From NCBI GenBank assembly GCA_963703315.1, contig OY969811.1:2016001-2080000 (forward strand): a stretch of DNA of 64,000 bases. Direction: 5' to 3'. The position numbers were made by a program, and so were the translations under genes. Shown here in pieces: positions 51,415 to 62,032 of this stretch. The number at the start of each line of letters is the position of its first letter. Within the stretch, counting starts at the first letter, position 1. The notes beneath the pieces were generated by a model. That model worked only from the letters and a program-made list of their open reading frames with translations. It made no database searches and was not told the origin of the DNA. This DNA is from an uncultured cyanobacterium. GTDB lineage: Bacteria; Cyanobacteriota; Cyanobacteriia; Pseudanabaenales; Pseudanabaenaceae.

Positions 51415-53997
51415 ATGGATACCAGCAGATATACCCCCCAACAGATCGAACCCAAGTGGCAAAAAGTTTGGGCTGAGAAACAACTTGACAAAGTAAATAA
51501 CGACGCAATCGGTGCAGAAAAAAAGAAATTCTATGCGCTGTCAATGTTTCCCTATCCATCGGGCGATCTGCACATGGGTCATGTCCGTAACTACACGATC
51601 ACCGATGTAATAGCCCGTTACAAAAGAATGCAAGGCTATCAGGTGCTGCACCCTATGGGCTGGGATGCCTTCGGGTTGCCTGCGGAAAATGCAGCGATCG
51701 ATCGCAATACCCATCCTGCCAAATGGACTTATGCGAATATCGCCAATATGCGATCGCAGCTTCAGCAAGTGGGCTTGTCCTACGACTGGGATCGTGAATT
51801 AGCGACCTGTTCACCCGACTATTACAAATGGACGCAATGGATCTTTTTACAATTTTTGGAAGCGGGTTTGGCTTATCAAAAGGAAGCAAAGGTTAACTGG
51901 GACCCAATTGATCAGACCGTAATTGCCAATGAACAGGTGGATAGTGAAGGTCGTTCTTGGAGATCGGGTGCGATCGTTGAAAAACGCAAATTGCGTCAAT
52001 GGTTTTTCAAAATCACCGACTATGCCGAACAACTTTTGCAAGATCTAGACAAGCTCACCGACTGGCCTTCTAATGTCAAGATCATGCAAGCCAACTGGAT
52101 TGGCAAGTCTACAGGCGCAGAGCTAAGTTTTCCCATCGTTGGCAGTGACGAAAAAATCACAGTTTTTACGACGCGCCCCAATACGGTTTATGGTGTGAGC
52201 TATGTCGTACTTGCCCCTGAACACCCCTTAGTCGAGACTTTGACAAGTACTGCTCAAAAAGAAGCCGTTGAAGCGTTCATTCAGGAAGTCAAAAATCTCA
52301 GCGAAATCGATCGCACTTCCGATGATCGCCCCAAACGTGGCGTAGCGATCGGCGCAAGTGTAATCAATCCATTCACAGGTAAAGAAGTTCCGATCTGGAT
52401 TGCTGATTATGTTCTCTTTGAATATGGCACAGGCGCAGTGATGGGGGTTCCTGCCCATGATGTTCGCGATTTCGCCTTTGCGAAGCAATACAATCTTCCC
52501 ATCCAAACTGTCATCACACCAAACTCTCCTCTCCCACAGGGAGAGGGGCAGGGGGGGAGGGAATCCGCTTACACCGAAGCAGGAATCATGGTCAATTCGG
52601 AAGAGTTTGACGGCTTAGATTCCGTAACTGCGAAAACTAAGATTGTGGAACTTGCGGAAAACAATCAATGGGGAACCGCCAAAATCACCTATCGCTTGCG
52701 TGACTGGTTGATTTCGCGCCAAAGATATTGGGGCTGTCCAATTCCTGTCATCCATTGCCCGAAATGCGGAATAGTTCCCGTTCCCCATGCCGACTTGCCG
52801 ATCGCTTTGCCCGAAGATGTCGAACTCACAGGTCGCGGCGCGTCCCCATTAGCACAATTAGACTCTTGGGTAAATGTCCCCTGTCCTAAATGCGGCACGG
52901 CTGCCAAGCGCGAAACCGACACGATGGATACTTTTATCGATTCCTCTTGGTATTTCTTGCGGTTTGCTGATGCAAAGAACGATCAAGAAATCGGCGATCG
53001 CCATGCTATTAATAATTGGATGCCCGTCGATCAATATGTCGGCGGTGTCGAACACGCGATTTTGCATTTACTCTATTCAAGATTTGTGACTAAAGTTTTG
53101 CGCGATCGCGGTTTGCTGAATTTCGATGAACCCTTTACGAGATTGCTGACTCAGGGAATGGTGCAGGGATTGACCTACATGAATCCTAACAAGAGTGGCA
53201 AAGATAAATGGGTTCCCTCGGCTTTAGTCGATCCTAAAGATCCCAAAGATCCCAAAACAGGTGAACCTTTGCAAGCGCTATTTGCCACGATGTCCAAATC
53301 AAAGGGCAATGGTGTATCTCCTGAACAGGCGATCGCTAAATATGGAGCCGACACTTTGCGGATGTTCACTCTTTTCAAAGCTCCACCCGAAAAGGATTTG
53401 GAATGGGAAGATGCGGATGTCGAAGGTCAACAGCGCTTCTTAAATCGCGTGTGGCGCTTAGTCTCTAGCTTTGCTGAAACCAAGCAGAATGGCATCTCTA
53501 AAAAAGTCGATAAGAACTTACGCAGAGCCATTCACATCGCGATTAAGGAAGTCTCTGAAGATTTCGATGGAGGCTATCAACTGAATACCGCCATTTCGGA
53601 AATGATGAAGCTTAGCAATGCTTTGCAAGATGCTGAAGATAAGAGTTCGGCTACTTTCTTAGAAGGTATCGAAACTCTCTTAACCTTGCTTGCTCCCTTT
53701 GCACCACACATTGCTGAGGAACTTTGGTCATTGATTGGAAATGAAGGCTCGATTCATTTGCAGCCTTGGCTTACCCACGATCCCAATGCGCTCACCGTTG
53801 ATGAGATTACCCTCGTCATTCAAATCAATGGCAAAGTGCGCGGCAGTCTCCAAGTGCCATCTAGCGCTAGCAATGATAAGCAAGCATTGGAAGAATATGC
53901 TCGCAGTTCAGAAGCAGCGCAGAAGTATCTTGAAGGTAAGGAGATTAAGAAGGTGATTGCGGTTGTCGGCAAGTTGGTGAATTTTGTAGTTGTTTAA
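51415..53997 (+). CDS. leuS: Leucine--tRNA ligase
   Basis: '[13 protein letters not shown]', '[12 protein letters not shown]', '[11 protein letters not shown]', 'TMSKS'. Confidence 0.97.
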   Translation: MDTSRYTPQQIEPKWQKVWAEKQLDKVNNDAIGAEKKKFYALSMFPYPSGDLHMGHVRNYTITDVIARYKRMQGYQVLHPMGWDAFGLPAENAAIDRNTHPAKWTYANIANMRSQLQQVGLSYDWDRELATCSPDYYKWTQWIFLQFLEAGLAYQKEAKVNWDPIDQTVIANEQVDSEGRSWRSGAIVEKRKLRQWFFKITDYAEQLLQDLDKLTDWPSNVKIMQANWIGKSTGAELSFPIVGSDEKITVFTTRPNTVYGVSYVVLAPEHPLVETLTSTAQKEAVEAFIQEVKNLSEIDRTSDDRPKRGVAIGASVINPFTGKEVPIWIADYVLFEYGTGAVMGVPAHDVRDFAFAKQYNLPIQTVITPNSPLPQGEGQGGRESAYTEAGIMVNSEEFDGLDSVTAKTKIVELAENNQWGTAKITYRLRDWLISRQRYWGCPIPVIHCPKCGIVPVPHADLPIALPEDVELTGRGASPLAQLDSWVNVPCPKCGTAAKRETDTMDTFIDSSWYFLRFADAKNDQEIGDRHAINNWMPVDQYVGGVEHAILHLLYSRFVTKVLRDRGLLNFDEPFTRLLTQGMVQGLTYMNPNKSGKDKWVPSALVDPKDPKDPKTGEPLQALFATMSKSKGNGVSPEQAIAKYGADTLRMFTLFKAPPEKDLEWEDADVEGQQRFLNRVWRLVSSFAETKQNGISKKVDKNLRRAIHIAIKEVSEDFDGGYQLNTAISEMMKLSNALQDAEDKSSATFLEGIETLLTLLAPFAPHIAEELWSLIGNEGSIHLQPWLTHDPNALTVDEITLVIQINGKVRGSLQVPSSASNDKQALEEYARSSEAAQKYLEGKEIKKVIAVVGKLVNFVVV

Positions 53998-54057
53998 GTC
54001 TGTGGGTGGTGTTTATCACCACCCTATCTATTTACTCAATAACGAGGCTATATTTTT

Positions 54058-54492
54058 ATGGAAGAATTATTGACTCTGAAGGAATTGCTAGTTTGTGGGG
54101 ATATTCCTGCGGCGATGGTTTTGGTTGAGGAAATGACGGAGATGAGTAAGGATGATAAAATTAGCAAAATTTTCAGCTACAGTATTATTCTGCTAGTTCA
54201 TCTCATCAAGCAAAAGACAGAAAAACGTTCCACGCGATCGTGGGATCTCTCGATTTATAACTCGACCACTCAAATTCGGCGTGCAAATCAGCGTCGTAAG
54301 GCTAAGGGAACTTATCTTAGTCAATTAGAACTTTATGAAACTTTAGCAGAGGCTTATAATATTGCTCTTTCTAGTGCAGCGATCGAGGCTTTTGAAGGTC
54401 GCTATGAGGCGGATGAGTTAGCGGCAATGTGCGATCGCGATGAGATTTTGGCAAATGCAGTAAAATTAATCGAGCAGGAATCAGTTAATTAA
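54058..54492 (+). CDS. DUF29 family protein
   Basis: 'MEELL.LK', 'EEMTEMSKDDKI', 'LLVHLIK', 'RSW..SI'. Confidence 0.8.
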   Translation: MEELLTLKELLVCGDIPAAMVLVEEMTEMSKDDKISKIFSYSIILLVHLIKQKTEKRSTRSWDLSIYNSTTQIRRANQRRKAKGTYLSQLELYETLAEAYNIALSSAAIEAFEGRYEADELAAMCDRDEILANAVKLIEQESVN

Positions 54493-54521
54493 GTATTTAC
54501 AAGCAAATAATAGGAGTTTAT

Positions 54522-56018
54522 ATGCATTTACAAAGGGTTCAGGTTCCTGATTTTCGGGTTCTAAAAGATGTAGATATCACTTTCGAGAAAGATTTTAATC
54601 CGAGAGTTTTCCCCCTTGGCAGTCAAAATGGTGGTGGGAAAAGTACTTTATTGCAGCTAATTTTTGTATTGCTACATTGCTCAGCTAATTCTGATAGGTT
54701 ATTCGCTTTAAAAAATCTACTAAATGGATTTGATTTACGTAAAAGTGAAGATAAAAGACAGCTAGCAATATTTGATATTTGGGACGGGGAAAAAATTGTA
54801 CAGTTAGAATTCTTTGTTTGCGAGAATTCTTATATTAATCAAGATTTAACACTAGGAAATTCAACAGAAGATCAACAAGTATCTAACAAGTTAACTTTTT
54901 CTTTGATTACTGATTTAGAAAATACAAAAACACAGATAAACAACTTATCTAAAGACATGAATCGAGCATCAGATATTTTAAAGACACTATATTCCGTCTC
55001 TAGAGGGAAAAAAGAGATTGCTCCCAATGGCTTAAGACATCTTAGTTTTGATCTACGGCACTTTGACATTGAAGTGCCAAATTCTTTGCCAGTAGATCCC
55101 CAACTTTTATCAGTAGTTTATAAAGATATTGAAGAAACTCTACAAGATAAACATCAGAATATCAAGCTCAAAATAGATATACTAAAAAACCAACTTAAAG
55201 ATTTAACTAGATTGGTAGATGAATTAATGTTGATTCTCGGATCTAAAAATGTTGATTATATACTCAGTTACACACCTAAAACTAGTGCAAATAAATCTAA
55301 AACATTACTTTGCAAAACTAATGGTCTCGACAATAAACAAACTCAATATTTCCTAAAAACTATATCGAATAAAGTGTTTTTAGCAGCTCCTTCAACTCAA
55401 GTATTTCTGTTTCTATCTCAAGAAGTTAGAAAGTTATTATTTGCAGAACGTGGACATAGTTTTGTAAAGCATACTAGTTACCTTAAGAAGCTTAAAGATA
55501 CAAACAATTATTTGAGTGGACTCTTTACATATGACTTTCTAGCTGTTGATTTACTTATCGAATCTTTTAAGGATGCTAGAGATAAAGATTTTAGGCAAGC
55601 TTTGGAAACTGGTGAGTATGGAAATAGTTATAAAGCTTTATTAAATGACTTAGATGCTCTTTTAAATAATAAGCGCGTGAACCTAAAACCAGATTTTTCT
55701 GCATTAACTTTTACAACAAATTTGACTAATGATGACGTTGAGCTATATCCAGAGGATTTGAGTCATGGAGAACTGAAACGACTAAGTATTTATATGTGGC
55801 TAAAACACCTAAATATTGAAGATGCAATTGTACTAATGGATGAAGTTGATCTTGCATTGCATCCAGATTGGCAATATAGAATTACAACAGACTTAGTTGA
55901 ATGGTCTCCTAGTAATCAATATATATTAGCAACTCATTCTTACGAAGTATGCGAAGCGCTAACCCCCTCTCATGTAAAGATATTAAAACCAAAACTCACT
56001 GAAAGACGCGCTAACTAG
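54522..56018 (+). CDS. ABC-type (AAA_15/AAA_21) ATPase, AriA/OLD-like
   Basis: Walker A GSQNGGGKST, signature LSHGE, Walker B/D-loop VLMDEVDLALHPDWQ, H-loop ATHS; no TM segments. Confidence 0.85.
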   Translation: MHLQRVQVPDFRVLKDVDITFEKDFNPRVFPLGSQNGGGKSTLLQLIFVLLHCSANSDRLFALKNLLNGFDLRKSEDKRQLAIFDIWDGEKIVQLEFFVCENSYINQDLTLGNSTEDQQVSNKLTFSLITDLENTKTQINNLSKDMNRASDILKTLYSVSRGKKEIAPNGLRHLSFDLRHFDIEVPNSLPVDPQLLSVVYKDIEETLQDKHQNIKLKIDILKNQLKDLTRLVDELMLILGSKNVDYILSYTPKTSANKSKTLLCKTNGLDNKQTQYFLKTISNKVFLAAPSTQVFLFLSQEVRKLLFAERGHSFVKHTSYLKKLKDTNNYLSGLFTYDFLAVDLLIESFKDARDKDFRQALETGEYGNSYKALLNDLDALLNNKRVNLKPDFSALTFTTNLTNDDVELYPEDLSHGELKRLSIYMWLKHLNIEDAIVLMDEVDLALHPDWQYRITTDLVEWSPSNQYILATHSYEVCEALTPSHVKILKPKLTERRAN

Positions 56019-56020
56019 TT

Positions 56021-57013
56021 ATGAGCTTTAAGCAAGAAGAATTACAAAATTATTGTAAGTACATTTTAAAGCAAGAAAGGATTCGTGATAGGCTTCTTGT
56101 TCTGTGCGAAGGAAAGATATTGAAGGAAGAAGTTAGAATATCTAGAAGATCACCTGAGTCATATCAAATCCAATCACCTCAAGTTGATCAAGATGAAAAG
56201 ACAACACCAGATTCATCTTTTTATAAAAAATGTATTCCAGATTCTTGGTTTCAGTTTGATTTAGTACCAAAGTTTTTTAACTGTGGAAACTGTGATGATG
56301 TAATAAAAATCTATCTTACCCTATCAGAAATAATTTCTCAGGATGCAGATAAAAAATATATCCATCCTAAAGAAATATTTGCCATCATAGATTTAGATAA
56401 TCAAATAAGAAAGATTAACAACTATCCATTTAAAACCACACAAGAGATATTTTTTAATCTTTACGAAAATACAAAAATAAACAAATCTAATGCTGAAGCA
56501 AATCATAAAATTTGGGTAACAGGTTTGATTCATAAAGAAGCTTATTTTCTAATTCCAGAACTTCAGGAATTTTTCGATAGTTATAAACCACAGTTTCTTT
56601 ACAGAAATAGCAAAATATTACTTCAAGATGTTTATCATTCAATGATTCTTGAAATTGAACAAGACAAAAATTTAGCTGCTAATTTTGAAATGATTAGCCC
56701 TCGCATAAAAAACTGTCTAGGACTAGATTTCAATAATTTAGATCAATTAAAAGATATTTGGTTAAATCTATTTAAAAGTGAGGCTAACGAGAATAGAAAG
56801 CGCGAACTAATACTAAGTTTACTTACTGTGATAAAAGTTAAAGATAATTACTGGAAAAACATCAAGCCAGAGCAAGGTCTAAACTCTCATCAACATAGAG
56901 AACAACTAGAGTTAGAAATTGCCAGCAAATTTTATGCAAAACAAACCGACGATGAAGCGGCGGCGAAATATCATATTCCCTACTTCTTTAAAATGTTGCG
57001 TAAATTTGCTTGA
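56021..57013 (+). CDS. TOPRIM-like (DUF4435/AriB-like) putative nuclease
   Basis: 'LLVLCEG', 'CGNCDDV', 'AIIDLD' (DxD), 'HKEAYFL'; starts 2 nt after the ATPase stop. Confidence 0.55.
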   Translation: MSFKQEELQNYCKYILKQERIRDRLLVLCEGKILKEEVRISRRSPESYQIQSPQVDQDEKTTPDSSFYKKCIPDSWFQFDLVPKFFNCGNCDDVIKIYLTLSEIISQDADKKYIHPKEIFAIIDLDNQIRKINNYPFKTTQEIFFNLYENTKINKSNAEANHKIWVTGLIHKEAYFLIPELQEFFDSYKPQFLYRNSKILLQDVYHSMILEIEQDKNLAANFEMISPRIKNCLGLDFNNLDQLKDIWLNLFKSEANENRKRELILSLLTVIKVKDNYWKNIKPEQGLNSHQHREQLELEIASKFYAKQTDDEAAAKYHIPYFFKMLRKFA

Positions 57014-57221
57014 GGGGGAGGCTATTTCCGATACTATTTTTACCTATAGCAATTTCTACACTAGTGAGCTATAGGTAAGTAGCTTAAGCCCCTTGTTCAG
57101 ATAGCTTAATGTACCTCACTAGATTGAGAACCGCTATATATTTTTTAGTGGAGATGGTCAGATAAAAATAGCGATCGCCTAAAATGACGATCGCTTTAAA
57201 AATTGGTCAGAATATCTAAAA

Positions 57222-57779
57222 GTGAAACTTAAAGAGCAACTTAGAAAATCATTGCTTACCCAACGTCGCCAAATTCCTTATGAAATTTGGCAGCAAAAAA
57301 GTCAAGCTCTATGCGATCGCCTCAACAATTGGCAAATATTCCAACAGGCGCAAAATATCCTTGCCTTTACCAGTTTTCGGCAAGAGCCAGATTTAAGTCA
57401 CCTTTGGCAAAAATTTCCTGACAAAAATTGGGGCTTTTCGCGCTGTATCGACAAAGATTTAATTTGGCATCAAGTGGCGATCGCTGATTTCTCAAACCAG
57501 ATGCAATCAGGCACCTTTGGTATTCTTGAGCCACTTCAAAATTTGCCACTTATGGATTTAGCAAATATTGATCTAATTTTGATACCTGCGGTGGCTGGCG
57601 ATCGCCAAGGCTATCGACTAGGTTATGGCGGCGGATTTTATGATCGCTGGTTGCCCTATTCTACAGGTAAGAAAGTAGGCGTAGTTTTTGATGAGTTTTA
57701 TTTAGACGAATTACCTAACGACCCTTGGGATGTGAAATTAGAGGCAATTATTACGGATCTACGGGTTATTTATGCTTAA
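57222..57779 (+). CDS. 5-formyltetrahydrofolate cyclo-ligase
   Basis: 'K.QLRK', 'FGILEP', 'IDLILIP', 'GYRLGYGGGFYDR', 'PWDV'. Confidence 0.92.
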   Translation: MKLKEQLRKSLLTQRRQIPYEIWQQKSQALCDRLNNWQIFQQAQNILAFTSFRQEPDLSHLWQKFPDKNWGFSRCIDKDLIWHQVAIADFSNQMQSGTFGILEPLQNLPLMDLANIDLILIPAVAGDRQGYRLGYGGGFYDRWLPYSTGKKVGVVFDEFYLDELPNDPWDVKLEAIITDLRVIYA

Positions 57780-57813
57780 TGCTAGGATCATGTGAGCGTT
57801 CAACTGGATAAAT

Positions 57814-58281
57814 ATGGCGATCGCATCAGACAAAACGCAAATAAAATCCCATCATGATCTCTATGAAGAGGACTTTTGTCTGTGGATAGATCAGGCATTA
57901 GTATTGCTACGTCAAGGCAACCTTAGAGATTTGGACTTGAAAAATTTGCTCGAAGAAATTGAAGACATGGGGAATAGCCAAAAACAGGCATTAGAGAGCA
58001 ATTTAAAAGTTATTCTCATGCATTTACTTAAATACAAATACCAACCTGAAAAATGCTCTAATAGTTGGCTGTATACCCTAGCGGAGCATCGCCAGAGAAT
58101 ACGCAAAGCTTTCAAAAACAGTCCTAGTCTTAAGAGGCATTTTTTGCAAGAATTCGCTGATGTTTATCTAGAGGCCAGAAAACTCGCTGCGATTGAAACA
58201 GGACTACCAAGCCACATCTTTCCCCCAGAATCCCCATTTACTCCCGATCAAGCCGCAGACGAAGAATACTTGCCTAAATAG
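57814..58281 (+). CDS. DUF29 family protein
   Basis: 'LYEEDF.LW', 'LDLKNLLEEIEDMG', 'HLLKYKYQP', 'SPSLK'. Confidence 0.9.
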   Translation: MAIASDKTQIKSHHDLYEEDFCLWIDQALVLLRQGNLRDLDLKNLLEEIEDMGNSQKQALESNLKVILMHLLKYKYQPEKCSNSWLYTLAEHRQRIRKAFKNSPSLKRHFLQEFADVYLEARKLAAIETGLPSHIFPPESPFTPDQAADEEYLPK

Positions 58282-58352
58282 CAAAAGTTAATCAAGAAGC
58301 GATTTTTGGTGGGGTGAAAAAAGCCGCCCCACCAAAAATCGCTTCTTTGTTT

Positions 58353-58368
58353 GTACGGTAAGCCGATC
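58353..58368 (+). promoter_or_regulatory. K-box-like element upstream of groES
   Basis: GTACGG-TAAG-CCGATC versus recalled consensus GTTCGG-NNAN-CCNNAC (2 mismatches), just upstream of CIRCE. Confidence 0.45.
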
Positions 58369-58394
58369 TAGTGACTGACTCTTTTCGCAGTATA

Positions 58395-58421
58395 TTGGCA
58401 CTCAACGACATAGAGTGCTAA
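58395..58421 (+). promoter_or_regulatory. CIRCE (HrcA operator)
   Basis: TTGGCACTC-N9-GAGTGCTAA upstream of groES. Confidence 0.9.
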
Positions 58422-58493
58422 AGCTTGCAAAAATGATTAATCAATCGCTTGCAATGCTTACTCTGACTTAGATTTTCAGGAGGTATAGATATA

Positions 58494-58805
58494 GTGGCAG
58501 CGTTAACCCTAAACAAAAGTACATTACAACCCCTAGGCGATCGCCTATTGGTGAAAGTAGCAACTAAGGAAGAAAAAACTGTAGGCGGTATTTTCTTGCC
58601 CGACACAGCCCAAGAAAAACCTCAAATCGGCGAAGTCGCAGCAGTTGGACCTGGCGCACGCAATGACAAAGGTACTCGCGTTGCTCTAGAAGTCAAAGTT
58701 GGCGACAAAGTTCTTTACTCAAAATATGCAGGCACTGAAGCCAAAATTGACGGCGTAGATTATTTGTTGCTTGCTGAAAGAGACGTTCTCGCGATCGTTG
58801 AATAA
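58494..58805 (+). CDS. groES: Co-chaperonin GroES
   Basis: 'PLGDR', '[13 protein letters not shown]', '[14 protein letters not shown]'; GTG start after AGGAGG. Confidence 0.97.
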   Translation: MAALTLNKSTLQPLGDRLLVKVATKEEKTVGGIFLPDTAQEKPQIGEVAAVGPGARNDKGTRVALEVKVGDKVLYSKYAGTEAKIDGVDYLLLAERDVLAIVE

Positions 58806-58844
58806 ATAATTTGATTTGTACTTCGTACAAATCAAAAAGAATAA

Positions 58845-60527
<1,683 letters not shown>

Positions 60528-60551
60528 TTGCCGCTTACTAGCTTGCTAATA

Positions 60552-60771
60552 GACAAGGGGTTTAAGCCCCTTGTTCACCAAAAAAGAGAGAGACGCTTTG
60601 CGTCTCTCTCTTTTTTGGTCTGAAAAACAGATAAGATTTACATAGCGATCGCCAAGACACAAACCCAGAAAGCGAGTGGCGGCGCTAAGCGCCGCCACTC
60701 GCTTCGACTTATCCTAATAAAGTGAATAATTGGAGGTGCGAGTCTTTGCCGCGCACCTCCAATTATTCACT
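60552..60771. repeat. Array of four consecutive palindromes downstream of groEL (the second could act as a bidirectional terminator)
   Basis: caaggggtttaagccccttg; accaaaaaagagagagacgc-ttt-gcgtctctctcttttttggt; agcgagtggcggcgc-taa-gcgccgccactcgct; agtgaataattggaggtgcg..cgcacctccaattattcact. Confidence 0.75.
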
Positions 60772-60806
60772 GGGAAGAGATTCGCTAATTAAAATAGGAC
60801 AATTAT

Positions 60807-62000
60807 ATGACTAATCCTAAATACCGCATTTTACTAGTTTCTTCTCAGCCAATTCAATCTTCAAATAGCATAGAGATTCTATCAAAATATCCGCAATTAG
60901 AAATACTAGTTGCTTATTGTAGTATTCCAGAAGAAAAACTATGGAAAGGTATTGAGTCTATTAACAAACACGTATTTGAAACTAAAATTTCAGGTAATTA
61001 TCCTTGGACTTATTTACCTAATTACTCACCAATACCTAGTTTGAACAAAGCATTCGGATTAATTAATCTAGGTATCATAAAACTAGTCCCTAAGTTTGAT
61101 TTTTGTATTGTTTATGGTCATAACTTTGTTAGTTTTTGGTTAGCAATTATTACGGCGAAGTTATTTCACAAGCCCTTATTTTTATCTACTGATGCAACCT
61201 ATTTAGAAGCTGCTTCAGGAAGTAGCGATTGGAAAGTATCACTTAAGCGACTACTACTACCATTTCTTTATCAAAATATTGCTGATGGAGTCCTAGTTCC
61301 TTCCACTGCTTCTAAAAAATTTCTACATTCTCTGGGAGTTAATGAAGAAAGAATTTTTATTGCGCCTTATGTTGTTGATAATGAAGCAATTAGTAAAGTT
61401 GCTCGCATGACCGATAGAGTACAAATACGTTTAGGCTGGAAAATCCCATCAGAGGCAGTCGTTATCGGCTTTTGTGCTAAGTTTATTGCGCGTAAACGTC
61501 CGCAAGATCTTGTTAAAGCTTTTGCGCTAGCTAATGTTGATCATAGTTATTTAGTATTTGTGGGAGACGGACCTCTAAACGAATCTTTGCAAAAGGAAGT
61601 TGCCCAGTTAGGGATTACAGAGAAAGTAAGATTTTTAGGGTTTGTTAACTACTCTGTATTGCCAGAATTTTATGCAAGTATTGATTTATTAGTCCATCCT
61701 GCTGAATGGGAACCTTACGGATTAACAGTTAATGAAGCAATGGTTTGTGGTGTTCCTGTGGTTGTTAGCGATCGCGTTGGTGCTGGCTATGACTTAGTAC
61801 AGGAAGGTGTGACTGGATTTACTTATCCTAGTGGGAATGTAGATGCCCTAACAGCAATTTTGAAGAGAACTCTCGGTAATCCAGAGACTCTAAGACTAAT
61901 GGGTGAGTCAGCTATTGCCCGAATGCAAACTTGGTCATTTCGAGAAAATGCTGAGGCTCATGTCAAAGCGATCGAGACAATAATCAATAAACGAGAATAG
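60807..62000 (+). CDS. Glycosyltransferase family 4
   Basis: 'RKRPQDL', 'VGDGPL', 'EPYGLTVNEAMVCGVPVVVSD'. Confidence 0.9.
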   Translation: MTNPKYRILLVSSQPIQSSNSIEILSKYPQLEILVAYCSIPEEKLWKGIESINKHVFETKISGNYPWTYLPNYSPIPSLNKAFGLINLGIIKLVPKFDFCIVYGHNFVSFWLAIITAKLFHKPLFLSTDATYLEAASGSSDWKVSLKRLLLPFLYQNIADGVLVPSTASKKFLHSLGVNEERIFIAPYVVDNEAISKVARMTDRVQIRLGWKIPSEAVVIGFCAKFIARKRPQDLVKAFALANVDHSYLVFVGDGPLNESLQKEVAQLGITEKVRFLGFVNYSVLPEFYASIDLLVHPAEWEPYGLTVNEAMVCGVPVVVSDRVGAGYDLVQEGVTGFTYPSGNVDALTAILKRTLGNPETLRLMGESAIARMQTWSFRENAEAHVKAIETIINKRE

Positions 62001-62032
62001 ACAATGCAAAGCATTGTCTATTCTCGTTTATT
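61986..62032. terminator. 22-bp perfect hairpin between convergent genes (probable bidirectional terminator)
   Basis: AATAAACGAGAATAGACAATGC-AAA-GCATTGTCTATTCTCGTTTATT, overlapping both stop codons. Confidence 0.6.

Noticed and set aside
53287..53304. LeuRS 'TMSKS' instead of KMSKS as an anomaly
   Set aside because: By recall, this variant occurs in other cyanobacterial LeuRS, and the catalytic second Lys is retained.
57014..57221. 6S RNA upstream of the 5-formyl-THF cyclo-ligase gene (ssrS-ygfA arrangement)
   Set aside because: The spacer holds a TATAGC..GCTATA-bounded repeat and a HIP1 hairpin. No 6S-like long rod with central bubble is evident.
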